Source: Anaerolineae bacterium (GTDB taxonomy: Bacteria > Chloroflexota > Anaerolineae > Aggregatilineales > J027). From it: a stretch of DNA of 64,000 bases. Position 1 is the stretch's first letter; the number at the start of each line of letters is the position of its first letter. The notes below the pieces were generated by a model. The model saw nothing but the letters and a program-made list of their open reading frames with translations. It made no database searches and had not been told where the DNA came from. Both the position numbers and the translations under genes were made by a program. Location: contig JAIOHL010000249.1 in the NCBI GenBank assembly GCA_019913005.1, positions 5,615 through 69,614 of the forward strand, given 5' to 3'. This document shows positions 9,345-19,485 of the stretch, piece by piece.

Positions 9345-11213
9345 TTAAGGCTGGACTTGAATGAGGATGTAACCGAAGGTTGTTGGGTCAGCGGCGTCAC
9401 CCACTACAATGAAGGTGTAGTAGTTGCCTTTGACCAGTTCAAAACTTTCAATGCGATAGTAGACATTGCCCTGCCCATCGCTGAAATTGAAAGTCCGGGT
9501 ATTGGCATTCAAATTGAGATTATCGCTGCCTTGCCCGTAGGCCAAGATGCCAGCCAAAACGTCGCCGCTGGCTGAATTGATGACTGACATGCCCGGTACA
9601 TTACGGACGGCATGAATAAAGCGGACACGCGCTTGGTCAAGTGGAATCAATTCGATATTGTCAGCAAAGGCATTGACGCGGAAGTTATCGGTGCCGAGGG
9701 CGACCAATGTGAGCGGGAAATTATTGGCGGTGATGGTCAACTGGTCACGCCAAATCGGTTCAACGCCTTCGGCAGGGGTGACATCGCCGGGATAAACGGT
9801 CAGTTCATAGCTTCCTGCTGACAGGGTTAGATAGTCGGTGAAGTCGAGATAGTTCAGATTATTGAGCACCAAATCGCCATTGAGATAGAAGTCGAGCGAG
9901 GGTGAATCTGGGGCGGCATGGGCAAAACGAACCGAGGCGACCTGTTCTACGGGTTCATTAAACCACGTCCAACGTTGGCGATCTGTACCATAGATAATCA
10001 AGGTAGCAATGGAGCCAGCCGGGGCGTTTACTTCAGCCCGACCTACCGTGGCACTGGGATCGCTGGAGTCTACAAGTGTCAGGTCGTATAGACCACCGGG
10101 AACATTAGCAGAGGCAAGACTGCCCTGTGACACTTCTTCAATCAAGGTAATGCCATTTTGGGAGACGAGGCCAAAATTCGGGATGATACTGGTGAGGTTC
10201 ATGACCTGTAAACGGGCAGTATTGACCGGAACAGGGGTGAGATCATCAGCGAACAGATCAAGGTTCACGTCTTCGGGTGTCCCGGTGAGGAGCATGAACA
10301 GGCTTTGGTCTTCGGCGATGTCGAGAGTGGTAGTTACAACGGGGGTACCACCATCGGGCGAAGTACCAGTCGCGTAGACTTCAAAGGTGTAGTTGCCGGG
10401 AGTCACGACGACTTCATTGGTGGCTTCCCCATAGCGAATGCCAGCGTAAACCGCAATAGGATCGGCATTGACATACACGTCATAGGTGACTTCTTCGGCA
10501 CCTTCAGAGACATCTACCAAATTCATAAAGCGGAAACGATTGGTACCGCTAACACGATAGGGCCGACCTATTAACTGGACAATGCGTGGGGCAGGGCTGG
10601 CAGAATCGCCAACGAGAAATACCAGATAGTACCGTCCGGGCGAAAGCACAATGTCCGAAGCAGGGCTGCTGCCGAGGGCTACAGAATAGCTGCCTGCGAC
10701 GACTTCAGTGGCTTCGCTGACTTCACCAAATCCGAGACTGGCAACCGATTCGCTGTTGACGCGGATGTCTTGATCACCACTGCCCTGTACGGCGTTGACA
10801 TAGGCCACGCGGGTCAGATTACGGACAGGTGGCGCGGCATTGTCTACCGTAACCACAACTTGGCTGTCTGCTCCCGCGCCAATCAATGCCGCTGTCATAC
10901 GGGTCGCATTGGCGAGGCTCAGGGTAGCACTGGCAATTTCAGCACCTGCTGGCGTGGTAAAGACTACAGTATGGTCGCCACTGTAGAAAGTGAAATAGCC
11001 CACGACATTGAACAATTTATTGGCGATGAGACGGTTATCGAAATAGACATCAACGTCCCCCCCTGTCACGGTGGCGTTGGCAAAGCGGATAAACCCAACA
11101 CCTGTTTGGGTCTCTGGGGATGCTTCAACAGGTGATTGCATCGCGCCAAACGCGGTTAGGGCGATGATCCCGATTAAGCAGAGACTGATAAAACGTTGGA
11201 GATGCTTTCGCAT
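9345..11213 (-). CDS. secreted DUF4397 repeat protein
   Basis: Signal/anchor FISLCLIGIIALTAFGAMQSPVEA, then about 6 modules of the DUF4397 type (GFIRFANATV..DVDVYFDN, ASVRFAHAAPDSPSLDFYLNG, ARVRFIHAVRNVPGMSVIN...). ATG 11213 preferred. Confidence 0.8.
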   Translation of the reverse strand: MRKHLQRFISLCLIGIIALTAFGAMQSPVEASPETQTGVGFIRFANATVTGGDVDVYFDNRLIANKLFNVVGYFTFYSGDHTVVFTTPAGAEIASATLSLANATRMTAALIGAGADSQVVVTVDNAAPPVRNLTRVAYVNAVQGSGDQDIRVNSESVASLGFGEVSEATEVVAGSYSVALGSSPASDIVLSPGRYYLVFLVGDSASPAPRIVQLIGRPYRVSGTNRFRFMNLVDVSEGAEEVTYDVYVNADPIAVYAGIRYGEATNEVVVTPGNYTFEVYATGTSPDGGTPVVTTTLDIAEDQSLFMLLTGTPEDVNLDLFADDLTPVPVNTARLQVMNLTSIIPNFGLVSQNGITLIEEVSQGSLASANVPGGLYDLTLVDSSDPSATVGRAEVNAPAGSIATLIIYGTDRQRWTWFNEPVEQVASVRFAHAAPDSPSLDFYLNGDLVLNNLNYLDFTDYLTLSAGSYELTVYPGDVTPAEGVEPIWRDQLTITANNFPLTLVALGTDNFRVNAFADNIELIPLDQARVRFIHAVRNVPGMSVINSASGDVLAGILAYGQGSDNLNLNANTRTFNFSDGQGNVYYRIESFELVKGNYYTFIVVGDAADPTTFGYILIQVQP

Positions 11214-11352
11214 TATGCTGGCTCCTTGATTCATACAAAAAAGGAAAAGCTGAGTTATCAAAATTGTAAAGTGAATACCCTACCAGTATACGAGAATGTC
11301 GAAATTAGGAAATTAGCCCAATGGAGCTACCCGTGTTGTATTAATTGAAATA

Positions 11353-12456
11353 TTACGACTCGTTATCGAATTGGATGCTGCGGATCATGCGGCGAGCGGT
11401 TCTGGCTTGACCGCCGGGGGATTCTTCAAGTGCGAGCATGAAAAATGCGTAGGCTTGCCCGTTATGTTGGGTCGTCGCAAGGTAGTAGCTAATGTTGATT
11501 TCGTTTACATCAAGTGTGCCGGATTCGGCAAATTCGTCGGGGAATTTGAGCGATAGGTTAAATGAAGTCATTGTGGCCTCTTCGCCGTCAATTTCGACCT
11601 CTTTTGTTTCAGTATTGATGTCAAAATGAATCCCAAAAAATTCAAGAGACTCCATGTTTTCGGCATTGCTCTCGAACTGGGCTTGGATTTGAGCAAGCTG
11701 CTCCGGCGATACTGGTGAAAAAATAACCAGCCCAAAGGATTGGAGCAACTCCCTTGATTCTTCTTCAGATAAATTGCTGTCGTTCTGATTTACGATGCTT
11801 GGATTGAGTCCGATAGGTTCATCGCCAATTAGCACACTGATGGCAGCATCGGCAGAAGGTTGATTTGCCAGAAGCGGAACGATGGAATCAATGCCATAAC
11901 TAGCGGCGACTGTGACCTTATCCACGACCTGATTTTGGGTCTGGAAATTGATGATTTTCCCTTCCCAATCTTCAGGATAATGGATGGTATACTGGGCGGT
12001 GGTCGCCTTGTTCGACAAATCAGGGCCAAATAAGCCGAATAACCCACTGTGCTGATAGGTATAGGCGTACCATCCAACAGCCAACACAAACAGCACCACG
12101 ATGAGCAGTGCGCCTCCAACCAACAATAAATCAGCCGGGCGAATTTGGATTTTGGAACGGTTGAGATTTTTGTGGAGGGGACTGCTTGGTGGTGGCAGAT
12201 CGGCAATACTGAATACCGCGTCAATCTCCAATTCTTCTAACATGGCACGGGCTTTGGCATTGTCGGGTTTCAATTCCAAGACGTGTTTGAGAGCAGTCTG
12301 TTTGAGGGCACGATCCTCAACGATATTTGCCATAACCCACCATCCCCTTGCATCCAAAGGGTTCTGGCGGGTGTACTCTTCGACCAACTGACGTGCCTGT
12401 CCATGTTGGCCTTCTTTTGACAACTGGACACTTTTGAGCAAAAGCTCTTCAGACAT
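11353..12456 (-). CDS. membrane protein: cytoplasmic TPR-like N-terminus, one TM helix, extracytoplasmic domain of unknown function
   Basis: N-terminal TPR-like helices (NPLDARGWWVMANI...LELKPDNAKARAML). TM LLLVGGALLIVVLFVLAVGWYAY. No motif recognised in the C-terminal ~220 aa. Confidence 0.7.
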   Translation of the reverse strand: MSEELLLKSVQLSKEGQHGQARQLVEEYTRQNPLDARGWWVMANIVEDRALKQTALKHVLELKPDNAKARAMLEELEIDAVFSIADLPPPSSPLHKNLNRSKIQIRPADLLLVGGALLIVVLFVLAVGWYAYTYQHSGLFGLFGPDLSNKATTAQYTIHYPEDWEGKIINFQTQNQVVDKVTVAASYGIDSIVPLLANQPSADAAISVLIGDEPIGLNPSIVNQNDSNLSEEESRELLQSFGLVIFSPVSPEQLAQIQAQFESNAENMESLEFFGIHFDINTETKEVEIDGEEATMTSFNLSLKFPDEFAESGTLDVNEINISYYLATTQHNGQAYAFFMLALEESPGGQARTARRMIRSIQFDNES

Positions 12457-12504
12457 TCAGCCGTTCACACTTTCCCACAGATCATGAATAGATTCGATAA
12501 CCTA

Positions 12505-12837
12505 TCAGCTTTTGATAGCGGCGTCCAACGTTGGATACACATGGAAGAATTTGTCGAACCCGATGATTTCCAATACTCGCATAATTTTGAGGTTAGGAGC
12601 AGCCAATTGTACATCGCCACCATTTTGGCGGCATTGCGTCAACACATCGGCTAAGATGCGTAACCCGGCGCTGTTCAAGTAATTAGTTTGTGAAAGATCG
12701 AGTACCAAATGATGATGCCCGGTGTTCACTGCATCACGCAATATATCTTCCATCTTGGTCGCCCCATCACCATCTACACGACCATCTACCTGAAAAACTA
12801 TCTTGTCACCCTGCTGTGTTTGGGAGATGTTGAGCAT
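12505..12837 (-). CDS. STAS domain protein (anti-sigma-factor antagonist, SpoIIAA-like)
   Basis: LVLDLSQTNYLNSAGLRILADVL...LAAPNLKIMRVLEIIGFDKFFHVY. ATG 12837 with AAGGGG upstream. Confidence 0.85.
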   Translation of the reverse strand: MLNISQTQQGDKIVFQVDGRVDGDGATKMEDILRDAVNTGHHHLVLDLSQTNYLNSAGLRILADVLTQCRQNGGDVQLAAPNLKIMRVLEIIGFDKFFHVYPTLDAAIKS

Positions 12838-12960
12838 CGGAAACCGCCCCTTTATGTTAATACCACTACTGCTGTTCAATGATACTAGGAATATTTTGAA
12901 AGTGAAAATTTTGCCATATGTGAAGGGGCAATATGGCTGAATTTATCGTCTGCCATGAGT

Positions 12961-12991
12961 TTGTGTCAAAATTTTGGCCCGCTGTTATAAT
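12961..12991 (+). promoter_or_regulatory. possible sigma-70-type promoter for tgt
   Basis: Perfect TATAAT at 12986-12991. The best -35 is only TTGTGT at 12961-12966, with a 19-nt spacer. Confidence 0.3.
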
Positions 12992-13050
12992 GACCCCTTG
13001 TGCTTTATTCAGAGTATCAAGACTGTGCTTTTAAGCCGATAAATCAACCT

Positions 13051-14232
13051 ATGAGTTTTAGATTTTCATTGGAAGCTACTGCGGGACGTGCGCGTGCGGG
13101 TGTGTTTACAACTCCGCATGGAGACCTTTTGACACCTGTGTTTGCTCCGGTGGGAACACAGGCAACCGTCAAAGCGATTCTTCCCCGTGATCTACATGAC
13201 CTCAAAGCCACTCTCATCCTCGCCAATACCTATCATTTACATTTACGCCCCGGTGATGATTTAGTTGCTGCGATGGGTGGCTTGCATCACTTTATGGCGT
13301 GGGATGGTCCAATGTTAACGGATTCGGGCGGCTTCCAAGTCTTTAGCTTGGCAGAATTACGCCGCATTGATGATAACGGCGTGCGCTTTCGCAGCCATTT
13401 GGATGGTGCCTCCTATTACCTGACCCCCGAAAAGTCCATTGCGATTCAGCATAATCTGGGTGCGGACATTATTATGGCATTTGATGAATGTGCCGTTCCG
13501 AATGATAGGGCCTATTCCGAGGCTGCCATGCACCGGACTCATGCGTGGGCCAAACGTTGTGTGGAATATCATGCCACACATGGGGACGTGAATCGTCAGG
13601 CACTTTTTGGAATAGTGCAGGGCGGCATTTTCCCCGATTTGCGTGCCCAATCGGTTGAGGCTATTACATCGTTGAATCTTCCCGGCTATGCCATTGGGGG
13701 TTTAGCCGTTGGGGAAACCAAAAAAGAAATGCTGGCGACACTTGATGCCACCATGCCCTTGATGCCAACAGATCGCCCTCGGTATTTGATGGGGGTGGGT
13801 CGTGCTGAGGACTTGGTACAGGGAGTGGCGCGGGGCATAGATATTTTTGACTGTGTGCTGCCTACCCGCGAGGCCCGTCATGGAGCGGCGCTGACGCGGT
13901 TTGGGCGCTATAATATGCGAAACCAACAATTTGCACATGACCCGGAACCAATTGAGGTGGGCTGTGAATGTTACACCTGCCAACATTTTTCACGGGCTTA
14001 CATCCGGCATCTGATTAAAGCGAAAGAATTGATTGCACACCAATTGTTGAGCATCCATAACCTGCACTTTTTGTTAAAACTGGTGCGGGATATGCGGGCC
14101 ACAATTGTTAAGGGCGAGTCCGAATTTAGGATATTTGCTGAGGCATTTTTGACCGATTGGCATTCCGGGGCCGGCGAGCAAGTCGTCGAGGAGGCCAAGC
14201 GGTCATTGGGAGCAATCAACCTGTCAGGATAA
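13051..14232 (+). CDS. tgt: queuine tRNA-ribosyltransferase (tRNA-guanine transglycosylase)
   Basis: TPVFAPVGTQATVK, TDSGGFQV, MAFDEC, GGLAVGE and zinc motif CECYTCQHFSRAYIRHL. Confidence 0.95.
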   Translation: MSFRFSLEATAGRARAGVFTTPHGDLLTPVFAPVGTQATVKAILPRDLHDLKATLILANTYHLHLRPGDDLVAAMGGLHHFMAWDGPMLTDSGGFQVFSLAELRRIDDNGVRFRSHLDGASYYLTPEKSIAIQHNLGADIIMAFDECAVPNDRAYSEAAMHRTHAWAKRCVEYHATHGDVNRQALFGIVQGGIFPDLRAQSVEAITSLNLPGYAIGGLAVGETKKEMLATLDATMPLMPTDRPRYLMGVGRAEDLVQGVARGIDIFDCVLPTREARHGAALTRFGRYNMRNQQFAHDPEPIEVGCECYTCQHFSRAYIRHLIKAKELIAHQLLSIHNLHFLLKLVRDMRATIVKGESEFRIFAEAFLTDWHSGAGEQVVEEAKRSLGAINLSG

Positions 14233-14239
14233 TCACTGG

Positions 14240-15094
14240 ATGAAGTGCGCTGCTGGTCGTAAAACCAAAAGAACCCTCGTCGTAGTGACATTAGCACTCG
14301 CTAGTTGTCGTGCGCCAATGCAAGCCCCGACTTCGACCCCCGAAGTAGTTCCCCTTTACTTTGTAACCTCGAGTAGTACCGATAGCCTCCTCCGAAGCCT
14401 AGCAGCGACCTATACCCGTGAAAATTCACTAGTGGCGATTGTTGACCAAGCCGCCAACGGAACCTCGATTGCCCTAGCACTAGACCCTTCCCAGTCCACT
14501 GATCCTCCCCTCTATGCCCTAACCACCTTTCTACCCAGTTTGGAAAACCTGTGGGCTGCCCCGCTCGGCCAAGACGGTATTGCTATTGTAGTACACCCTC
14601 GTTTGAATATCCCTCAATTAAGTGCCGATGACTTGCGGCGGATTTTTACTGGGGCAGTCGAAAATTGGCTCGAATTGGGTGGGCCGGATCTGGCGATTAC
14701 CGTTGTAAGCCGTGATGCCGAGTCAGATACCCGTCGTGTCTTTGAACAGTTGGTTTTGGGGCAACGCCAAATCACCTATAATGCACTCTTAGCCCTAACC
14801 GACAGCGCAATGTTGGATGTATTGGCACAAACACCGGGGGCGATTGGGTTTATGAGTATGGCGTTGGTGTCGGGGCAGGTACGAGTGGTGCCGTTGGTTG
14901 GGGAGCTTGGGGATACTCCGGTGTTGCCGACACCGCTGACGGTTGCGGAGGGAACATATCCACTGCGAACACCCCTCTTGATTGTTGGGTCTAAACCCCC
15001 TGAACCGGGGGATGGGTACTATGAGTTTATTGTTTGGGCACAGCAGCGGCAGGCCCAACAGATTATTGGTGAACGATATGCGCCACTGCCCTAG
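14240..15094 (+). CDS. PstS-like periplasmic binding lipoprotein (PBP_like_2), no pstCAB adjacent
   Basis: Lipobox-like TLALASC. LSADDLRRIFTGAVENWLELGG...VVSRDAESDTRRVFEQ. Confidence 0.7.
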   Translation: MKCAAGRKTKRTLVVVTLALASCRAPMQAPTSTPEVVPLYFVTSSSTDSLLRSLAATYTRENSLVAIVDQAANGTSIALALDPSQSTDPPLYALTTFLPSLENLWAAPLGQDGIAIVVHPRLNIPQLSADDLRRIFTGAVENWLELGGPDLAITVVSRDAESDTRRVFEQLVLGQRQITYNALLALTDSAMLDVLAQTPGAIGFMSMALVSGQVRVVPLVGELGDTPVLPTPLTVAEGTYPLRTPLLIVGSKPPEPGDGYYEFIVWAQQRQAQQIIGERYAPLP

Positions 15095-15136
15095 TCCCCT
15101 AATCACACGCGGGGATAAATCCATTGTTTAGGGCGG

Positions 15137-15826
15137 TTGAATGGAAATTGCTATCCTATGAATCAACCTACTTCCACAATTGAAACGGCTTGGTGGAAAC
15201 TCGTGACTTTTGGTTTCCGCCTGTTGTATAACGAGATGGCGTGGACTTATGATGCCGTGTCATGGGTGGTCAGTTTGGGTCAATGGCGCAGTTGGCAGCG
15301 GGCCGCCCTGAAACATTTGGGGACTCAACCGGGGGAGTTGGTACTCGAATTGGCGCACGGCACGGGCAATCTGCAATTGGATTTGTATGCGGCTGGTTAT
15401 CAACGGGTCGCCTATGATTTAAGTCCGTATATGGGGCGGATTGCGCGACGCAAATTGCTTCGGCATCACGTGGCTGCGCCATTGGTGCGAGGCCGTGCCC
15501 AACAGCTTCCCTTTCCCGATCAAACATTTGACGCAATAGTCAGCACCTTCCCCACGCCATTCATCATCGAAAAAGATACGCTACAAGAAGTCTATCGGGT
15601 ATTGAAACCGGGCAGGCGCTTGGTGATTGTCCCCAATGGTATTTTGACCGGGGGTGGGGTTGCTAAAGATGCCCTCGAAGCGGCCTATCGTGCGACGGGC
15701 CAGCGCGGACCATGGCCCGTGGATTTGGAGCAACGATTCGAAGAGGCCGGATTTGCCGTGCAGTCATTGATTGAGCAGTGTCCCTATAGCATTGCACAGG
15801 TGGTCGTTGCTACCCGGCAGGATTAG
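15137..15826 (+). CDS. class I SAM-dependent methyltransferase
   Basis: VLELAHGTGNL (motif I), FDAIVSTF, VLKPGRRLVIV. Confidence 0.8.
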   Translation: MNGNCYPMNQPTSTIETAWWKLVTFGFRLLYNEMAWTYDAVSWVVSLGQWRSWQRAALKHLGTQPGELVLELAHGTGNLQLDLYAAGYQRVAYDLSPYMGRIARRKLLRHHVAAPLVRGRAQQLPFPDQTFDAIVSTFPTPFIIEKDTLQEVYRVLKPGRRLVIVPNGILTGGGVAKDALEAAYRATGQRGPWPVDLEQRFEEAGFAVQSLIEQCPYSIAQVVVATRQD

Positions 15827-15959
15827 ACCCCGTGTCAGGTTTTTGTCAGATTGCCTTCATCCATCCGTAGTATAACCATCCGTTGACCGTCCGGCGTGGG
15901 TTTGCCCGCCTATCGTATACTTGTCTGTATCACAGCAGTCTTTTTCGGAGGTCTATTGC

Positions 15960-17060
15960 ATGTTTTCGTTGAAACGCCTGACTGGTTTGTTGCTGATTGC
16001 AGCCATCGTCATTACCATTACTCCGTGCGGTACGCAGGTCAATGCACAGGATGACGGCGCATTGCCGACCAGTTTTAAACTTGACATCACTCGCCTGCGT
16101 CATGAATATCAGGGTTGGAATAATTGTGGCCCGACTACCTTGACGATGGGCTTAACGTATTTTGGCTATACCGATAATCAACTTCCCGCTGCCCATTTTT
16201 TGAAACCCAATGGCGAAGATAAAAATGTCAATCCATGGGAGATGGTGGATTATGTCAATAATGTTGCCAGCCTCATGACCAATGTGCGGGCGTTGTATCG
16301 TCCCGGCGGCGATTTTGAACTTATCAAGCGGCTACTGGTGGCGGATTTTCCGGTCATCATTGAAAAAGGCTTTGATGTAGAAGACCTTGATTGGATGGGT
16401 CACTATTTGCTTCTGATTGGCTACGATGACAATGAGAGCGTCTTCTATACCTACGACAGTTATCTGGGACATGGCAATTTTCAGGGGCTAAAAGAACCCT
16501 ATGCAACAGTGGAAAGCTATTGGTGGAATTTCAGCAATACTTTCATTGTCCTCTATGCTCCCGAACGCGAAGTCGAAGTGATGCAAATTTTGGGGGAGCG
16601 GGCCGATTTGAACCAAGCCTACCAGTTAATGTCACAGATGGCCCAAGAGCGGGCTGCCGCTGATGGTCAAGACGCATGGGCATGGTTTAATATTGGCGAC
16701 GCGCTGACCCAACTGGGCTATTATGCTGAAGCGACAGGTTTCTTCCGGGTAGCGTTTGATCTTGGCTTGCCATGGCGGGCGCTCTGGTATCGCCATACAC
16801 CGTTGGAAGCCTTTTACCGAACAGGCGAGTTTAATACCGTGTTGGAATTGGTACAGCAAGCCAAATTGACCACACCCTATGTTGAAGAATGGGACTACTA
16901 TCATGGACTAGTGTTTGCATCACAAGGTCGAACCGCCGATGCTAAAGCCCAATTGAATGAGGCCCTGCAATATAATGTCAATTTCCAAGCCGCCAAAGAT
17001 GTCATTGCCCAATTAGACGCGGGTACATTTGTCGCAGTGGCCCAAACCGACGTGCAGTAA
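15960..17060 (+). CDS. secreted C39-like cysteine peptidase domain fused to TPR repeats
   Basis: Signal peptide MFSLKRLTGLLLIAAIVITITPCG. YQGWNNCGPTTLTMG (Cys) and WMGHYLLLIGYDD (His). TPR-like C-terminus. ATG 15960 with GGAGG upstream. Confidence 0.75.
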   Translation: MFSLKRLTGLLLIAAIVITITPCGTQVNAQDDGALPTSFKLDITRLRHEYQGWNNCGPTTLTMGLTYFGYTDNQLPAAHFLKPNGEDKNVNPWEMVDYVNNVASLMTNVRALYRPGGDFELIKRLLVADFPVIIEKGFDVEDLDWMGHYLLLIGYDDNESVFYTYDSYLGHGNFQGLKEPYATVESYWWNFSNTFIVLYAPEREVEVMQILGERADLNQAYQLMSQMAQERAAADGQDAWAWFNIGDALTQLGYYAEATGFFRVAFDLGLPWRALWYRHTPLEAFYRTGEFNTVLELVQQAKLTTPYVEEWDYYHGLVFASQGRTADAKAQLNEALQYNVNFQAAKDVIAQLDAGTFVAVAQTDVQ

Positions 17061-17061
17061 T

Positions 17062-17679
17062 TTAGTTTCGTGTATAAGTGACCCCTGCTTGAACTAATCG
17101 GTTATGCAGATGAACCGGGCGGGGGTCAATATATTTGCCTCGTTCGATCAGATAGCGTAGTGTAAAATCAGTCGCCATCAGAGTCACCCCCTCCAAACTC
17201 ACTTGAGCCGCTGTTCGCAACGCATCTACCCCGGGAAAATCACGGGTCGGCTCGATCAAATCCGCGACGTACACAATCATATCGAGCGCGTTCATAGTCG
17301 GGTCGCCTGTGGTGTGATAGGCACAGGCCGTTTGCAGTTGAGGGTCATCCAAGCCAAATTCCTGCGCCGCCAATAGATAGCCTGCCACGCCATGCAACAA
17401 CATGGGTACCATTTTTTCACCTTCACTGATGGGTAGATGATGAAGTTCAGCTAGTCGCATTAGCTCCTCATCCGGTAGGCGTTTGGCAGCATCGTGAATC
17501 CATGCGGCCAACCGTGCCCGCATTCGTTGATGAGGCACGTAAAGTTGAGCCATCCAATCGGCGGTTTCGACGACCCCGCGTACATGGGGGATGCGTTTGG
17601 GTTTGAGTCGTGTTTCGGCCCATGCCTGTACACGGGCTTCAAATTCGGGAGTGTATTCAAGTGGCATAGATTTTTCCAT
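17062..17679 (-). CDS. yqeK: HD-domain bis(5'-nucleosyl)-tetraphosphatase, YqeK family
   Basis: RIPHVRGV...AAWIHDAAK...LLHGVAGYLLA...AYHTTGDPTM..IVYVADLIEP. A shortened start (ATG 17679 or 17667) leaves a divergent promoter gap to the PNP gene. Confidence 0.8.
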   Translation of the reverse strand: MEKSMPLEYTPEFEARVQAWAETRLKPKRIPHVRGVVETADWMAQLYVPHQRMRARLAAWIHDAAKRLPDEELMRLAELHHLPISEGEKMVPMLLHGVAGYLLAAQEFGLDDPQLQTACAYHTTGDPTMNALDMIVYVADLIEPTRDFPGVDALRTAAQVSLEGVTLMATDFTLRYLIERGKYIDPRPVHLHNRLVQAGVTYTRN

Positions 17680-17728
17680 CTGTAGGAAACTGTCAGAGAA
17701 CAGCCCAATTTTAATCGCTTGCCCACCG

Positions 17729-17756
17729 TTGGCAAATGCGCTCAGGATGCTAGAAT
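17729..17756 (+). promoter_or_regulatory. candidate sigma-70-type promoter for the PNP gene
   Basis: TTGGCA (17729-17734), 16-nt spacer, TAGAAT (17751-17756). It lies 52 nt upstream of ATG 17808. Confidence 0.4.
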
Positions 17757-17807
17757 AACATTGTACAAGGTAAGCACCCTTTTCATTTCGACATTTGGAG
17801 AGCAATC

Positions 17808-18671
17808 ATGTTGACACCCGCGTTCACCCGCGCTGATTATGAAGTTGCCGCTGATGAAGTCCGCCGCCGGACCCATCAGACCCCTAAGATAGCCATAATT
17901 CTTGGTTCGGGCTTAGGGCCACTGGCCGATAGTGTCTCGAACGCGACCATCATCCCCTACCGGGAAATCCCCAATTGGCCGCAAGCCCCACATGGCGGGC
18001 ATGTGCAGGGTCATAAAGGGCAGTTGGTGATTGGGGAGATTGAAGGCCAAAGTGTCTTGATGATGCAGGGGCGGTTGCATTTTTATGAAGGGTACTCCAT
18101 GCACCAAGTCACTTTCCCGGTGCGGTTGATGCGGGTATTGGGCGTGGAGACCTTGATTGTGACCAACGCGGCAGGCGGATTAAACCCAAATTTTCGGGCC
18201 GGGGATTTGATGCTCATTACCGACCACATTAATTTGTTGGGCCAAATGGGTCAAAATGGCTTAATGGGACCAAATGAGGAGAGCTTTGGAGATCGTTTCC
18301 CGATTTTTACACAAGCCTATGACAAAAAACTGCGGAACAAGTCACTCGAAATTGCCCAACGCGAAAATATTACCCTGCGGCAAGGCGTGTATATCGCACT
18401 GTCTGGCCCAGCGTTTGAGACCCCTGCCGAAATCCGCATGTTCCGCATGTGGGGTGCGGATGCGGTTGGGATGTCTACCGTGCCGGAAGTGGTCGTGGCG
18501 CGACATGCCGGAATGCGTGTCATGGGGGTATCGAGCATCACCAATGAAGCGATTGACGATCAGGATTCGGTGAAAGATGTAAGCCATGAAGAAGTGTTGG
18601 CGGTTGGCGCCAAGATTGTGCCGAATCTAATCACCATCCTGCGGGGGGTCTTACGCGAATTTCCTGAGTAG
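17808..18671 (+). CDS. punA: purine nucleoside phosphorylase (trimeric PNP family)
   Basis: ILGSGLG, GRLHFYEGY, LIVTNAAGGLN, GADAVGMSTVPEV. Confidence 0.9.
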   Translation: MLTPAFTRADYEVAADEVRRRTHQTPKIAIILGSGLGPLADSVSNATIIPYREIPNWPQAPHGGHVQGHKGQLVIGEIEGQSVLMMQGRLHFYEGYSMHQVTFPVRLMRVLGVETLIVTNAAGGLNPNFRAGDLMLITDHINLLGQMGQNGLMGPNEESFGDRFPIFTQAYDKKLRNKSLEIAQRENITLRQGVYIALSGPAFETPAEIRMFRMWGADAVGMSTVPEVVVARHAGMRVMGVSSITNEAIDDQDSVKDVSHEEVLAVGAKIVPNLITILRGVLREFPE

Positions 18672-18696
18672 GACGGAGAAATGAGGATGAGGGATT

Positions 18697-19485
18697 ATGG
18701 GCGACTTTTTCTTTTTTATTGAAAGCATCGCCGTTGGGCTGTATGTGTTCACAGGCTTGGGACTGCTGTGGAGTTTTCGTAATTTTTTGCGGGCACGGCG
18801 TGAACTGCGAGAGTCCCAATTTCGGCTGGAACGTGAGCAAGCCCAACAGCACGGCGGCAAGGCCCTGACGCTGGTCTTTTTGAGCGTCAATATCCTCGTG
18901 ACGGTGTGGGGTACAGCAAATCTAGCGGCCCCAACATGGCGCGAGGGACTGCCTGCCACGCTAGACCCTAATTTTGCGCGGAATCGAGCATATCAGACCA
19001 GCACTGCCGAGAGGGGTGGTGGTTTTCAATTGACCCCGGTTAATCCGAATGAGGACATTATCCCGATTACCGCGCCGCCGCCGAGTACCCCCAAAGGCAC
19101 AATTTTGCCAAGCAGCCCTCGTGAAGGCTGTATCCGCGATCAGGCGTGGATTGATTTTCCCGATAATGGGCAGGTGGTGTTTGATGTGATTCCAATTCGA
19201 GGGACAGCGAATATTCAAGATTTCGCTTTCTACCGTTTTGAAATCCGCCCTGAGACGGGTTCATCTGATGCGACTTTCAGCACCATTGGCGGGCCGCAGG
19301 GCGATTACGTGCAGCCTGTGGTTGATGGCGAATTGGGCCAACTCGTTCCGCTGAATTATCTGCCGGGTACGTACCGCTATCGTTTGGTTGTGTTCGATAG
19401 CACCAGCGCGATGAAGGCAAGCTGCGAAATCAGCATTATCATTAGTGACCCCATTCCGACGGCGACCCCGATTGGAGCAAACTAA
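18697..19485 (+). CDS. hypothetical membrane protein (two N-terminal TM helices, beta-rich extracytoplasmic domain)
   Basis: Helices FFFIESIAVGLYVFTGLGLLW and ALTLVFLSVNILVTVWGTA. No motif recognised. The stop abuts the next start (TAAATG). Confidence 0.65.
   Translation: MGDFFFFIESIAVGLYVFTGLGLLWSFRNFLRARRELRESQFRLEREQAQQHGGKALTLVFLSVNILVTVWGTANLAAPTWREGLPATLDPNFARNRAYQTSTAERGGGFQLTPVNPNEDIIPITAPPPSTPKGTILPSSPREGCIRDQAWIDFPDNGQVVFDVIPIRGTANIQDFAFYRFEIRPETGSSDATFSTIGGPQGDYVQPVVDGELGQLVPLNYLPGTYRYRLVVFDSTSAMKASCEISIIISDPIPTATPIGAN

Noticed and set aside
17680-17805. 42-codon N-terminal extension of yqeK
   Set aside because: It would leave only 2 nt to the divergent PNP gene and would cover a good TTGGCA-16-TAGAAT promoter. 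The YqeK homology begins after the internal Met.
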